Shown here piece by piece: positions 45,732 to 53,886 of a DNA stretch of 54,756 bases. The notes below the pieces were generated by a model that was not told the origin of the DNA, ran no database searches, and was given only the letters and a program-made list of their open reading frames with translations. Made by a program: the position numbers and the translations under genes. Source of the DNA: a virus (Duplodnaviria > Caudoviricetes); IMG/VR virus record IMGVR_UViG_3300046716_000023, positions 1 through 54,756 of that record, one strand, 5' to 3'. Each line of letters opens with the position of its first letter. Position 1 is the stretch's first letter.

Positions 45732-48366
45732 GACAGAGTCGATCTCCTCTACGCTCCAAGCGGGCGTGACGCTTCTCGATGGGGACCAGCGAGATGTTGC
45801 CGATATGGATCTGACCCTCGCCGGTGTAACGTCCGGTCGGGTGCTTCGCAGGCAGCTTGCCCTTGACGGTGCGCTGGTTCCAGTACTGATGACGCTCCAG
45901 GGGCAACCAGTTGAAGAACGCCTCGTAGAACTTGGAGATCTGGATCACCTCGCCATCGACCGGCGTGCAGACGTCCTCGAGGAACTCGGTCAACTCATCG
46001 CGGTTCGCCCTCGCCTGATCTTCCTTGAGGCCGGTCTCGACGACCGGGATCCGCAGACGCTCGTTGGTCGGCGGGATCTCGAGCTTCAAGATCGTGTGCA
46101 GGAAGTGCGGAGCCTCCTCGACCAACCGCTCCATGAGCAGGTGCTTCGGGATCTCCTCCGTCGGCGGATCCACGTAGATCATCACGATCCTCGTATCGCC
46201 CACTTCCACCGGACAGTAGTCCGGCGAGTTGGCGCACTGGATGAAGTGGAGGGTGTTGTTCACGTCGTAGATGGTCTTGCCCTTGAAGTGGATGGCGATC
46301 GTCTCACCGGTGACGAGGTCCTTGATCCGGTTGTACGCCTCCTTGTTCTTCTTGAGCGAGACCTCCTCGATGATCGCGAGTACACGACCCACCAACTCGC
46401 CATTGAAGGCATCGCGCGATCGCAGTGCCTGGTCCGCCTTGGCAACACCCTTCATGGGGTCCGCAAACAACCGCCGCAAGGCCTCGTGAAAGGTCGACTT
46501 GCCAGACTTCTGCGGCCCGACGAAGAAGAGATAGGGCAAGGGTCTGGTCGGCTCCTGAAAGAGTGCAGCGGTCCAGCACTTCCCATAGTCCGCCCCGCTT
46601 GCGATACCGTATCGCTTGCACCACGGATTCTCCATGACCGCCGGGGTCAAGGTGGAGAACACATGCGCCAACAGCATGTCCCACGTCGGATGCGGACCCT
46701 CCTTCGGGGTGAACCCAAGCTGCGCCGCTCCCCGGTTCCATCGCCGACCTCCTGGATACTCGTCCTTGAACGGGATGCTCACCATCACCCACGGGTTGGT
46801 GATCGACAACCCGAGCAGCTTGTCGATGTCCGTGAAGCCTTGCGACTTGAGCACGGTGTTCACGTTGACGCGCGGCTCCCACATCCAACCTTCGTGCGAG
46901 TTGATGAACCAACCTGCGTCCTCCGAGGCCGAGACCACGTGTCGGACCACTTGATCGGGAGGCTCGGGTTCCTCTCGTGCTCCCTCGATCGTGACGACCC
47001 GCTGCCAGTATGCACCCTTCGGCCGAGCGCTCTGCAGCCAGCCGCTCTCGTGGTTGTCGCTCTCCTCACGCAGGACGCGCAGCAGGACCTTGCCAGGCTG
47101 ACCCTTGACCCCGGAGATCGCGGTCTGTCTCGCGTGGAAGAGCTGTGGCATTTCGAACTTCGGGGCACCGAGGTCCTTCAAGCAGAGCATCGCCTTGAGC
47201 GCGGACTTGAACACGAACGCACCCTTCTCGTCCTCCACACCCTCATGCGCAGCGGCAGCCGCCGCCAGCTCTGCGGGGTGGTTGAACAAGCAGCGCGTCC
47301 AACCGTTCGCGTCCTTCTGCCAGGCAGAATGCTCCCTCGCGTTCTGCGAGAAGCGTCGCACCACCCACGCGCCACCTCTGATGGGGAACATGTAGCAGTT
47401 CTTGTCGCCGCTTCCACCCTTCCCCTCGGAGATCGTGTAGAAGATGCCCTTCAGCTTCAGTTGCTCGTGCGCTCTCTTGAGCGCTACCGTGTGGGTGGTC
47501 AACATGTTGCGATCTGAGTCCCACGAGGTGAAGCAGTTCTGGGTCCGCAGGAAGTCGATCACCCTCAGGTGCTCGGCATCCAGGACCGTGTACTTCACCC
47601 GCGAGACGACCTCCTCGAAGTTAGCTTCGAGTCCGTCCATCTCGGGAGGCTTGACCTTGTGATGCTTCCCTTCGACAACGTCCGAGTGATCCTTCCAGTT
47701 CTCCGGGACCTTCGTCAACGCGGTGCCAGCCTTCACCAACGCGAAGCCTTGCGGCTTCGTGTCGCGATGCCACACCCACAGGTTCCCGCCGAGCTTGTCG
47801 ACCTGCGAGGCGAGGTTGTGTCCCACCACGCCGCTGAGCTCCGAGAGAATCGCTCTGGCCAGCGCCGCGTGGACGTTATGGTTCTCAGTGGGGATCGGCG
47901 GATCCAGGAAGACGTACAGGTGCAGACCCAGTCCTCCCTTCGAGCGGCGCACGGTCACCCAATCCACGGTGGACACTCGGTCCTTGATCTCATCGAGCTC
48001 CGTTGCGGAAAGACCCTGCACGTGGCCGATCACCGCGTCGAAGTCGAACCCCACCCAGCGCGAGCACCGAGCCTTCCAATCCCACCCCGTCATCCCGACG
48101 GCTTCGAAGTGCTTGGTGGAGAACTTCAATGGGCGATCGGTGTACTCCGGCGTGCTGTTCGCTTTCCACGGGATCCGGAACGACTTCCACGTCTCACCGT
48201 CGGCCTTCCAACCGGTCCAGTGATGACCCTGCCATTCTCCCTCAACCCGCTCTCCGCCGTCCTGCGCCACGTTGACCTGGCACTCCATGTCAGCGTTGTA
48301 CAGGTGCGCAAGTTCGGGATTGGCGTTCGTCGCCAGGAAGCCACGGATCACGTCGGTACGGAGCAT
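45715..48366 (-). CDS. primase-polymerase (AEP-type) fused to an SF3/D5-like helicase
   Basis: GFDFD and RSKGGLGLHLY; GPQKSGKST, IIEE and DTRI. Confidence 0.88.
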   Translation of the reverse strand: MLRTDVIRGFLATNANPELAHLYNADMECQVNVAQDGGERVEGEWQGHHWTGWKADGETWKSFRIPWKANSTPEYTDRPLKFSTKHFEAVGMTGWDWKARCSRWVGFDFDAVIGHVQGLSATELDEIKDRVSTVDWVTVRRSKGGLGLHLYVFLDPPIPTENHNVHAALARAILSELSGVVGHNLASQVDKLGGNLWVWHRDTKPQGFALVKAGTALTKVPENWKDHSDVVEGKHHKVKPPEMDGLEANFEEVVSRVKYTVLDAEHLRVIDFLRTQNCFTSWDSDRNMLTTHTVALKRAHEQLKLKGIFYTISEGKGGSGDKNCYMFPIRGGAWVVRRFSQNAREHSAWQKDANGWTRCLFNHPAELAAAAAAHEGVEDEKGAFVFKSALKAMLCLKDLGAPKFEMPQLFHARQTAISGVKGQPGKVLLRVLREESDNHESGWLQSARPKGAYWQRVVTIEGAREEPEPPDQVVRHVVSASEDAGWFINSHEGWMWEPRVNVNTVLKSQGFTDIDKLLGLSITNPWVMVSIPFKDEYPGGRRWNRGAAQLGFTPKEGPHPTWDMLLAHVFSTLTPAVMENPWCKRYGIASGADYGKCWTAALFQEPTRPLPYLFFVGPQKSGKSTFHEALRRLFADPMKGVAKADQALRSRDAFNGELVGRVLAIIEEVSLKKNKEAYNRIKDLVTGETIAIHFKGKTIYDVNNTLHFIQCANSPDYCPVEVGDTRIVMIYVDPPTEEIPKHLLMERLVEEAPHFLHTILKLEIPPTNERLRIPVVETGLKEDQARANRDELTEFLEDVCTPVDGEVIQISKFYEAFFNWLPLERHQYWNQRTVKGKLPAKHPTGRYTGEGQIHIGNISLVPIEKRHARLERRGDRLCHVDQG

Positions 48367-48369
48367 ACT

Positions 48370-48406
48370 TTCCTTTACTTTCCTTTAGTTTCCTTTAGGT
48401 TCCTTT
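48370..48406. repeat. four TTCCTTT units at exact 10-bp period over the primase RBS
   Basis: TTCCT at 48370, 48380, 48390 and 48400. Confidence 0.9.
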
Positions 48407-48438
48407 TCTCGAGGAAGAGGAAAAGAACGACCTCTCCT

Positions 48439-48515
48439 TCTCTCTCTATCGACCACACTTCTACTCACCACCTCTGGGAAATAAAGGACAGAGAATACAG
48501 TCACTTCTCTTCTTC
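48439..48515 (-). promoter_or_regulatory. probable leftward promoter, copy B of the duplicated element
   Basis: Matches 34481-34555 block for block. Confidence 0.55.
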
Positions 48516-48545
48516 ATTACTTACTACTCTACCCGGAGAAGAACG

Positions 48546-48618
48546 AGGAACATAGAGGATAGTTTCCTTATTTTTCCTTTTTATTCCTTTGTGTTCCTCG
48601 AGTTTCCTCCGGTAGAAT
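48546..48618 (+). promoter_or_regulatory. phased-pentamer promoter 1
   Basis: AGGAA/AGGAT at 48546 and 48556; TTCCT at 48564, 48574, 48584, 48594, 48604; TAGAAT at 48613. Confidence 0.75.
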
Positions 48619-48653
48619 GTCTCTAGTGAATGTAGGCACCGAGGGCTAGCAGC

Positions 48654-49478
48654 ATGCAGGGCTTCGATCAGTTGTACCCCGCTCTCGTGAAGCGAGCCTG
48701 GGATCACGGAGCACATCGCACGGCACGGGGAAAGCCTCATCGTGCGTTGTTCAACGTGGTGATCGACACCCTCGCCGTGGAGAACCTGATCGTCGGTGGC
48801 GGCTTCCAGAAGAAGTTCGCGATCGCCGAGCTGATGGCGTACGCTGCGGGTTGGGACGACGTCGCGTGGCTGGCGCGGTTCAACAAGAACATCGCCCAGT
48901 TCTCCGATAACGGCGTCTCGTTCTACGGCGCGTATGGTCCCCGGATGACGTGGGCAATGGGAGCTCTTGTCACACTGCTCACGGAAGACCCGGAAACCAG
49001 GCAGGCGATCTGCCAGATCTACGCACCGGAGGATCTGACTGCCGAGTCGAAGGACAAGCCATGCAACACGATGTTCCAGCTCCAGTCCTCCAAGACCGTG
49101 AACGGAACCGTGGAACTCCACATGACGATCTACCAGAGGTCCTGCGACCTGGTGTGGGGTTTGCCCTACGATCACTTCAGCTTCTCCACGCTCCTGATCC
49201 TGTTCGCGTATCAGCTTCGTATGCAGCCTGGTCGCGTGACGCGAGTGATCGCGAACGCGCATGTCTACGAGCCCGAAGCTGGTTTCGCTAACGAGGGTCG
49301 TCTCGCGAGAGCGATGCAGCCCATCGAGACCATGTTCTGGGAACCGCCGAGTGGCGGACTGTTCGCATTCCGCGAGACATGTCAGATCGCCCGTTACCAG
49401 ATCGAGGGCAAGCACGATCCTCTGACCGAAGAGGAGTTCACGGCTGACGCCCGCTTCCTTGTGGAGATCCTGAAATGA
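48654..49478 (+). CDS. thymidylate-synthase-fold enzyme, probable dCMP (hydroxy)methyltransferase
   Basis: GAYGPR, TRQA, KDKPC (catalytic Cys), QRSCDLVWGLPYD and AHVYE; Asp at the substrate-specificity site. Confidence 0.85.
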   Translation: MQGFDQLYPALVKRAWDHGAHRTARGKPHRALFNVVIDTLAVENLIVGGGFQKKFAIAELMAYAAGWDDVAWLARFNKNIAQFSDNGVSFYGAYGPRMTWAMGALVTLLTEDPETRQAICQIYAPEDLTAESKDKPCNTMFQLQSSKTVNGTVELHMTIYQRSCDLVWGLPYDHFSFSTLLILFAYQLRMQPGRVTRVIANAHVYEPEAGFANEGRLARAMQPIETMFWEPPSGGLFAFRETCQIARYQIEGKHDPLTEEEFTADARFLVEILK

Positions 49479-50398
49479 GACTGATCCTCGAAGGCATCGA
49501 TGGGGTGGGCAAGTCCTCCATCCTCGAGAAGATCGAGAAGTCGCATCGCGTGAAGTCGATCCACCTCGTGAAGCCGCCGAAAGGTGTGACGCCTCACAAG
49601 TGGTCCGACTACTTCCGCGAGGCGTACGACAACAACGAACTTCTTTCGCGGTCCCACATCTCCGAGCGGGTCTACGGGACTCTGATCCGGAACCGCTCCC
49701 TCATCGACGACTGGCAGAACTGGCTGCTCAACCTGCAGCTGGAGGTTCGCGGCTTCCGGATCGCGTACATCGTCCGGAGCCTGAGCCACGTCGAAGAGCA
49801 GATCATGAAGCGCGGCGCCGCAGCCAGCGACTACGATCTGTGGGTCGTGAAGAACTGGTTCGCGATGGGGCAGGCGTATGAGAAGTTCCTTCCCCGTCAC
49901 CTGACCCACATGATCCACAACGAGGGTCAGCTGCAACAGGCGGTCGAGCAGGCGGTCACCGTGGGCGTCAGTCCGCTCTGGACGAACCACACCGACCTCC
50001 GTGGGATCGGTTCGCTCACCCCGAAGGTGGTGCTCGTCGGGGACGAGTTCACGCTCCGTCGCCGAGATTTCGCTCACGCGAAGCCCTTCGACTTCGGCGA
50101 AGCCTCCAAGATGCTCTTCGAGGCCTTGAACCAACTGCGTCACATCTACATCACCAACTCCCGCTACGACGACCTGGGTGACATCCGCTCCCAGTTCCAG
50201 CTCCGTGACGAACTCACTCGCTTCGCGGGTGCGAAGATCATCGCGCTTGGAGCCGACGCTGCCAAGCGTCTCAAGATGCTCGGCTTCGAACCCCACCAGA
50301 TCATGCCACATCCGCAGTATTGGCGACGCTTCAAGTACGCCGACCGTGGATCGTACGTCAACGACCTGAAGCAGGTGGCGGAGAACTTCCATGGATAA
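49475..50398 (+). CDS. dNMP kinase fused to a uracil-DNA-glycosylase-fold domain
   Basis: LEGIDGVGKS and RSHISERVYG; then VVLVGDE, KPF, YITN, IIALG and PHPQY. Confidence 0.75.
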   Translation: MRLILEGIDGVGKSSILEKIEKSHRVKSIHLVKPPKGVTPHKWSDYFREAYDNNELLSRSHISERVYGTLIRNRSLIDDWQNWLLNLQLEVRGFRIAYIVRSLSHVEEQIMKRGAAASDYDLWVVKNWFAMGQAYEKFLPRHLTHMIHNEGQLQQAVEQAVTVGVSPLWTNHTDLRGIGSLTPKVVLVGDEFTLRRRDFAHAKPFDFGEASKMLFEALNQLRHIYITNSRYDDLGDIRSQFQLRDELTRFAGAKIIALGADAAKRLKMLGFEPHQIMPHPQYWRRFKYADRGSYVNDLKQVAENFHG

Positions 50399-50873
50399 GA
50401 CGCAACTCATCGCCGTCCTGTCCTCGTTCGGTGAAGCCGAGGCGATCGCGGAAGTGATCCATGCCTCGCTCCCGCTCCGTGAACCGCTTCCCTCGAAGCG
50501 TCGCACCGAGCGCAAGACCGTGCTGGTCAACGAGATCGTGGTCGAGGTAGAGGTAGGCTTCTACCCCGACGATCGTCCCGGCGAGGTGTTCCTGAAGGCC
50601 TCCAAGTACGGGACGATGATCCGCGACATCTACGACGGTCTCGCGATCACGCTCTCCATCGCGCTGCAACATGGCATCCCGCTCTCCAGCTTTCCGGTTC
50701 GAGGTCGTGGTAACGAACTCACCGGCGAGGGGAACGAGTTGCTGGACACGATCTTCGAGACCGTGGAGGAACTGTGCACCACTCCGAAGCCGACTACTTC
50801 ACCGACCGCGTCCGCGAGTTCCACGTCAAGCACGGAGCTCCCGTCAACGTCGGAGTCACCCTCGCAGCACTGA
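50391..50873 (+). CDS. stand-alone class II RNR C-terminal (TSCPD-like) domain
   Basis: GFYPDDRPGEVF and AITLSIALQHGIPL. Confidence 0.7.
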   Translation: MDKTQLIAVLSSFGEAEAIAEVIHASLPLREPLPSKRRTERKTVLVNEIVVEVEVGFYPDDRPGEVFLKASKYGTMIRDIYDGLAITLSIALQHGIPLSSFPVRGRGNELTGEGNELLDTIFETVEELCTTPKPTTSPTASASSTSSTELPSTSESPSQH

Positions 50874-51322
50874 CGCTGCGCAAGAGTCTGGTCTACGAGG
50901 AGGCTTCCGAAATTCTCCTCGCGGTCCACGACAGGGACGAGGTGGAGTTCGTCGACGGCATGGCGGACCTCATCTACGTCGCCGCGGGCACGTGGGTGTC
51001 GGTCTCCACGATGAAGCACCCCAGGCGGTTCAACCTGAACCCGCTGAAGGGAGTCCACGAACTGTGGGATCCCAAGTTCATCAGCGTGATCCATCACCGG
51101 ATCGACAAGGTCCTCGAGAGCGTGATGAAGCACCGCTACTCTGAGGCGATCTACCACGCGGTCGCGCTCCCACACGAGCTGGGGTACGACCCGAAGGCGA
51201 TCTTCGACGAGATCCACGCCAGCAACATGACCAAGACGCCCACGAAGGGCGACATCAGGGTGCGCGTCAAGGGTCCCGACTACCGGGCCCCGGACGTCAC
51301 CCGTTTCTTGAGAGGGAGGTAG
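50774..51322 (+). CDS. MazG-like / PRA-PH-family dNTP pyrophosphatase
   Basis: VREFH, EEASE, DGMADLIYV, FDEIHASNMTK and KGPDY. Confidence 0.85.
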   Translation: MHHSEADYFTDRVREFHVKHGAPVNVGVTLAALTLRKSLVYEEASEILLAVHDRDEVEFVDGMADLIYVAAGTWVSVSTMKHPRRFNLNPLKGVHELWDPKFISVIHHRIDKVLESVMKHRYSEAIYHAVALPHELGYDPKAIFDEIHASNMTKTPTKGDIRVRVKGPDYRAPDVTRFLRGR

Positions 51323-51325
51323 TCC

Positions 51326-51472
51326 GTGGAGGAGTTCCTGCAGCAGATCAAGATGACCCTCGAGACGCACATGAACTGCGAGGTCGAGGTCGTCGGCGAG
51401 AGCGAGCTCTCCATCTCCACCGAGGAGAACGGCGAGACGAAGACGTACACGATGACGGTCCGCGAGGACTGA
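51326..51472 (+). CDS. acidic hypothetical protein (48 aa)
   Basis: Translated by hand; GGAGG RBS. Confidence 0.55.
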   Translation: MEEFLQQIKMTLETHMNCEVEVVGESELSISTEENGETKTYTMTVRED

Positions 51473-51473
51473 C

Positions 51474-51872
51474 GTGAAGGACAAGCTCCTCCGTCTGCAC
51501 GCAGACTTCGCCACGCGAGTGGCGGAGCTGTCGCACTGCGTTCGTCAACAGAACGCGTGCGTGCTGACGTCCCTCGACGGGGAGCGGGTCCTGGCATTCG
51601 GTTACAATGGGACGTGGAGGGGTGGACCCAACACGTGCACAGGTCCCAACGAACCGGGGCGCTGCGAGTGCATCCACGCCGAGGTGAATGCCCTCATCAA
51701 GTCGCGAGCTCAAGAGGACTTCGCCGCCTTCGTCACCACGAGCCCTTGCGTGAACTGCGCACGGTGCCTCGTCAACTCGGGGTGCAAGATGGTGATTTGC
51801 GGACAGGCGTACAGGGTCACCGATGGTGTGACGCTACTTCAGGGCGCTGGAGTGGAGGTTTCCTTTGTCTGA
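51474..51872 (+). CDS. dCMP deaminase-family protein
   Basis: GYNG, HAE and SPCVNC. Confidence 0.9.
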   Translation: MKDKLLRLHADFATRVAELSHCVRQQNACVLTSLDGERVLAFGYNGTWRGGPNTCTGPNEPGRCECIHAEVNALIKSRAQEDFAAFVTTSPCVNCARCLVNSGCKMVICGQAYRVTDGVTLLQGAGVEVSFV

Positions 51873-51944
51873 GGAAACTCGAGGAAAACTTCCTTTTTAT
51901 TCCTCGACATTCCTTCCCACTCCTCGTGGTTCCTCTGGTAGTAT
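51872..51944 (+). promoter_or_regulatory. phased-pentamer promoter 2
   Basis: AGGAA at 51872 and 51882; TTCCT at 51890, 51900, 51910, CTCCT at 51920, TTCCT at 51930; TGG-TAGTAT at 51936-44. Confidence 0.75.
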
Positions 51945-52024
51945 ATGGGAGTGAAGAATGAACTTCGGGTGGTGTCGAGGGGCACGGTGCCCCGAGAAGA
52001 AACCCGAGCAGTGAGGAGAACGAC

Positions 52025-52951
52025 ATGACGATCCGCGTTGCCGTGTTGGCGCTCAGCGCCATCGTCCCGCCGAAGGTCGCCCTTCGGACCGTGGACAAGG
52101 AGAAGGAGGACTACCAGGGTCTGGTGGCCTCGATCAAGGAGTCGGGCGTCCTGAACTCGATCGCCGTCAAGGAGGCGAAGATCAAGGACGAGCAGACCGG
52201 GGTCGAGCGCGACATGTACCAGATCATCGACGGCCTGCAGCGCTACTGCGCGAGCGTCGACGCCGGGCTCACGGAGATCCCGGTCCAGATCCTCGACGCC
52301 GACGAGGCCGAGGCGCTGGAGCTGCAGATCGAGGGCAACGTCCACAAGGTCGAGACGAAGCCGATCCAGTACTCGAAGCAGCTGCTCAAGATCCTCGCCG
52401 CGCACCCCGAGCGCACCGTCAAGGTGCAGGCGGCCCGCCTCTCGAAGAGCGAGGGCTGGCTCAAGGACAAGCTGCGCCTGCAGAAGCTGATCCCCGAGGC
52501 GCAGACGCTCGTCGACGACGGCAAGATCCCGCTCAGCTCGGCGTACATCCTCGCCAAGCTCGACGACGAGGAGCAGGACGAGTGGCTGGAGAAGGCGCAG
52601 ACGCTGCCGCCCGACCAGTTCATGCCGCAGGTCGCGAACCGCATCAACGAGCTGAAGAAGCTCCACAAGGACGACCCGAAGCCGGAGCGCAAGCCGACGC
52701 CGCTGATCCGGAAGAAGGGCGAGATCCTGGAGATGTTCTCCACGCTCCCCGACACCCCGAAGAGCGACAAGGAGTCCGGCTTCAAGGCGGCGCTCGAGTG
52801 GGTCGTCCAGATGGACGAGGCCAGCATCGCCGCCTGGCACGCGAAGGAGGCCGAGGAGGCCGCCAAGCGCGAAGCGCGCAAGGCCGAGAAGGCGAAGGAG
52901 AAGGCGAACAAGAAGTCCGAGCTCCCGAGCATCGACGACCTCCTGAAGTAG
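52025..52951 (+). CDS. ParB/RepB/Spo0J-family protein with HTH
   Basis: LVASIKESGVLNSI and YQIIDGLQRYCA; HTH AARLSKSEGWLKDKLRL; GKIPLSSA. Confidence 0.88.
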   Translation: MTIRVAVLALSAIVPPKVALRTVDKEKEDYQGLVASIKESGVLNSIAVKEAKIKDEQTGVERDMYQIIDGLQRYCASVDAGLTEIPVQILDADEAEALELQIEGNVHKVETKPIQYSKQLLKILAAHPERTVKVQAARLSKSEGWLKDKLRLQKLIPEAQTLVDDGKIPLSSAYILAKLDDEEQDEWLEKAQTLPPDQFMPQVANRINELKKLHKDDPKPERKPTPLIRKKGEILEMFSTLPDTPKSDKESGFKAALEWVVQMDEASIAAWHAKEAEEAAKREARKAEKAKEKANKKSELPSIDDLLK

Positions 52952-52964
52952 CCGAGGCGTCGAG

Positions 52965-53045
52965 CCTCGCTACGCTTGTGCCGTCCTCCACGAAATGAGG
53001 ATAGCCGTCCGGACCTCGGTCCGGACGGCTTGCGTAGTTAGAGGG
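52965..53045 (+). other. structured intergenic element upstream of the SSB-like gene
   Basis: Perfect 12-bp stem at 53003-53030, enclosed by GCTACGC/GCGTAGT. Confidence 0.55.
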
Positions 53046-53097
53046 ACGAGTGTTCCTCACTGACCGGCGCAGTCTCGCCGAGACGAAAGGTGATGAC

Positions 53098-53781
53098 ATG
53101 ACGGATCCGAAACCCGCCACCGACCTCGTGGTCGTGGGCAGCCAGCTCGACGCCGAGGCGGCGCTGAAGCTGGTGAACGAGATGTCGGAGGGCAACTACG
53201 TCCCCCGCATCGATCTCCTCCAGGCCGGCAGCGGCGCCCGCCGTTCGGGCGTCGGCAACGACGGCGAGTTCGTGCACAACGGCAGCACGAACCTCGGCAA
53301 GACGTTCGTCGGCATCTTCGCCGACTGGCGTGCGCACGCCATCATGTTCGACGAGGACGGCAACGTGATCGCGGAGTCGTTCGACCCCGCGAGCGAGACG
53401 TTCAAGTCGATCAAGGCCAAGGAGGCCGGTCCGAAGATCAAGGGCGAACGGCCCGGATCCGGCGCCGACTTCCTCGTGTGGGTGCCCGAACACGGCGTGT
53501 TCGGCATCCTGCCGCTCCTCAAGACGGCGCGCCGGCACATCAAGCCGGCGTACACGTTGCTGCTGCAGAAGAAGGCCGCGGTCATCACGAGCCAGCTCGT
53601 CGAGGCTCGCGGCTACGCGTGGATGTCGCCGAACATCAGCGCGTTCCAGGGCACGATCGACGCCGCCAAGGGACCGATGCCGGAGCTGACGGAGAAGGCG
53701 ACCCGCCTCTTCCGTTCGGGCGGCGGGACCGCGGAGGCCGAGGCCGCGCCGAAGACCGAAGGCGACGCGCGTCCCAGGTAG
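53098..53781 (+). CDS. probable ssDNA-binding protein
   Basis: YVPRIDLLQAGS N-terminal motif; sits between ParB-like and helicase genes; extreme codon bias. Confidence 0.55.
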   Translation: MTDPKPATDLVVVGSQLDAEAALKLVNEMSEGNYVPRIDLLQAGSGARRSGVGNDGEFVHNGSTNLGKTFVGIFADWRAHAIMFDEDGNVIAESFDPASETFKSIKAKEAGPKIKGERPGSGADFLVWVPEHGVFGILPLLKTARRHIKPAYTLLLQKKAAVITSQLVEARGYAWMSPNISAFQGTIDAAKGPMPELTEKATRLFRSGGGTAEAEAAPKTEGDARPR

Positions 53782-53820
53782 TTCTGAGCAGAAGGCTCGG
53801 TAGCTCGTTGCCTTCGTCCA

Positions 53821-53881
53821 CCTCAAAGCTACACGCTGCCGCTGGATCCGCAAGGGTCCAGCGGCTCGCGTAGTTGGAGGG
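53821..53881 (+). other. long GNRA-capped hairpin covering the helicase RBS
   Basis: GCCGCTGGATCC-GCAA-GGGTCCAGCGGC, extended by CCTC/GAGG. Confidence 0.55.
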
Positions 53882-53886
53882 TCACT

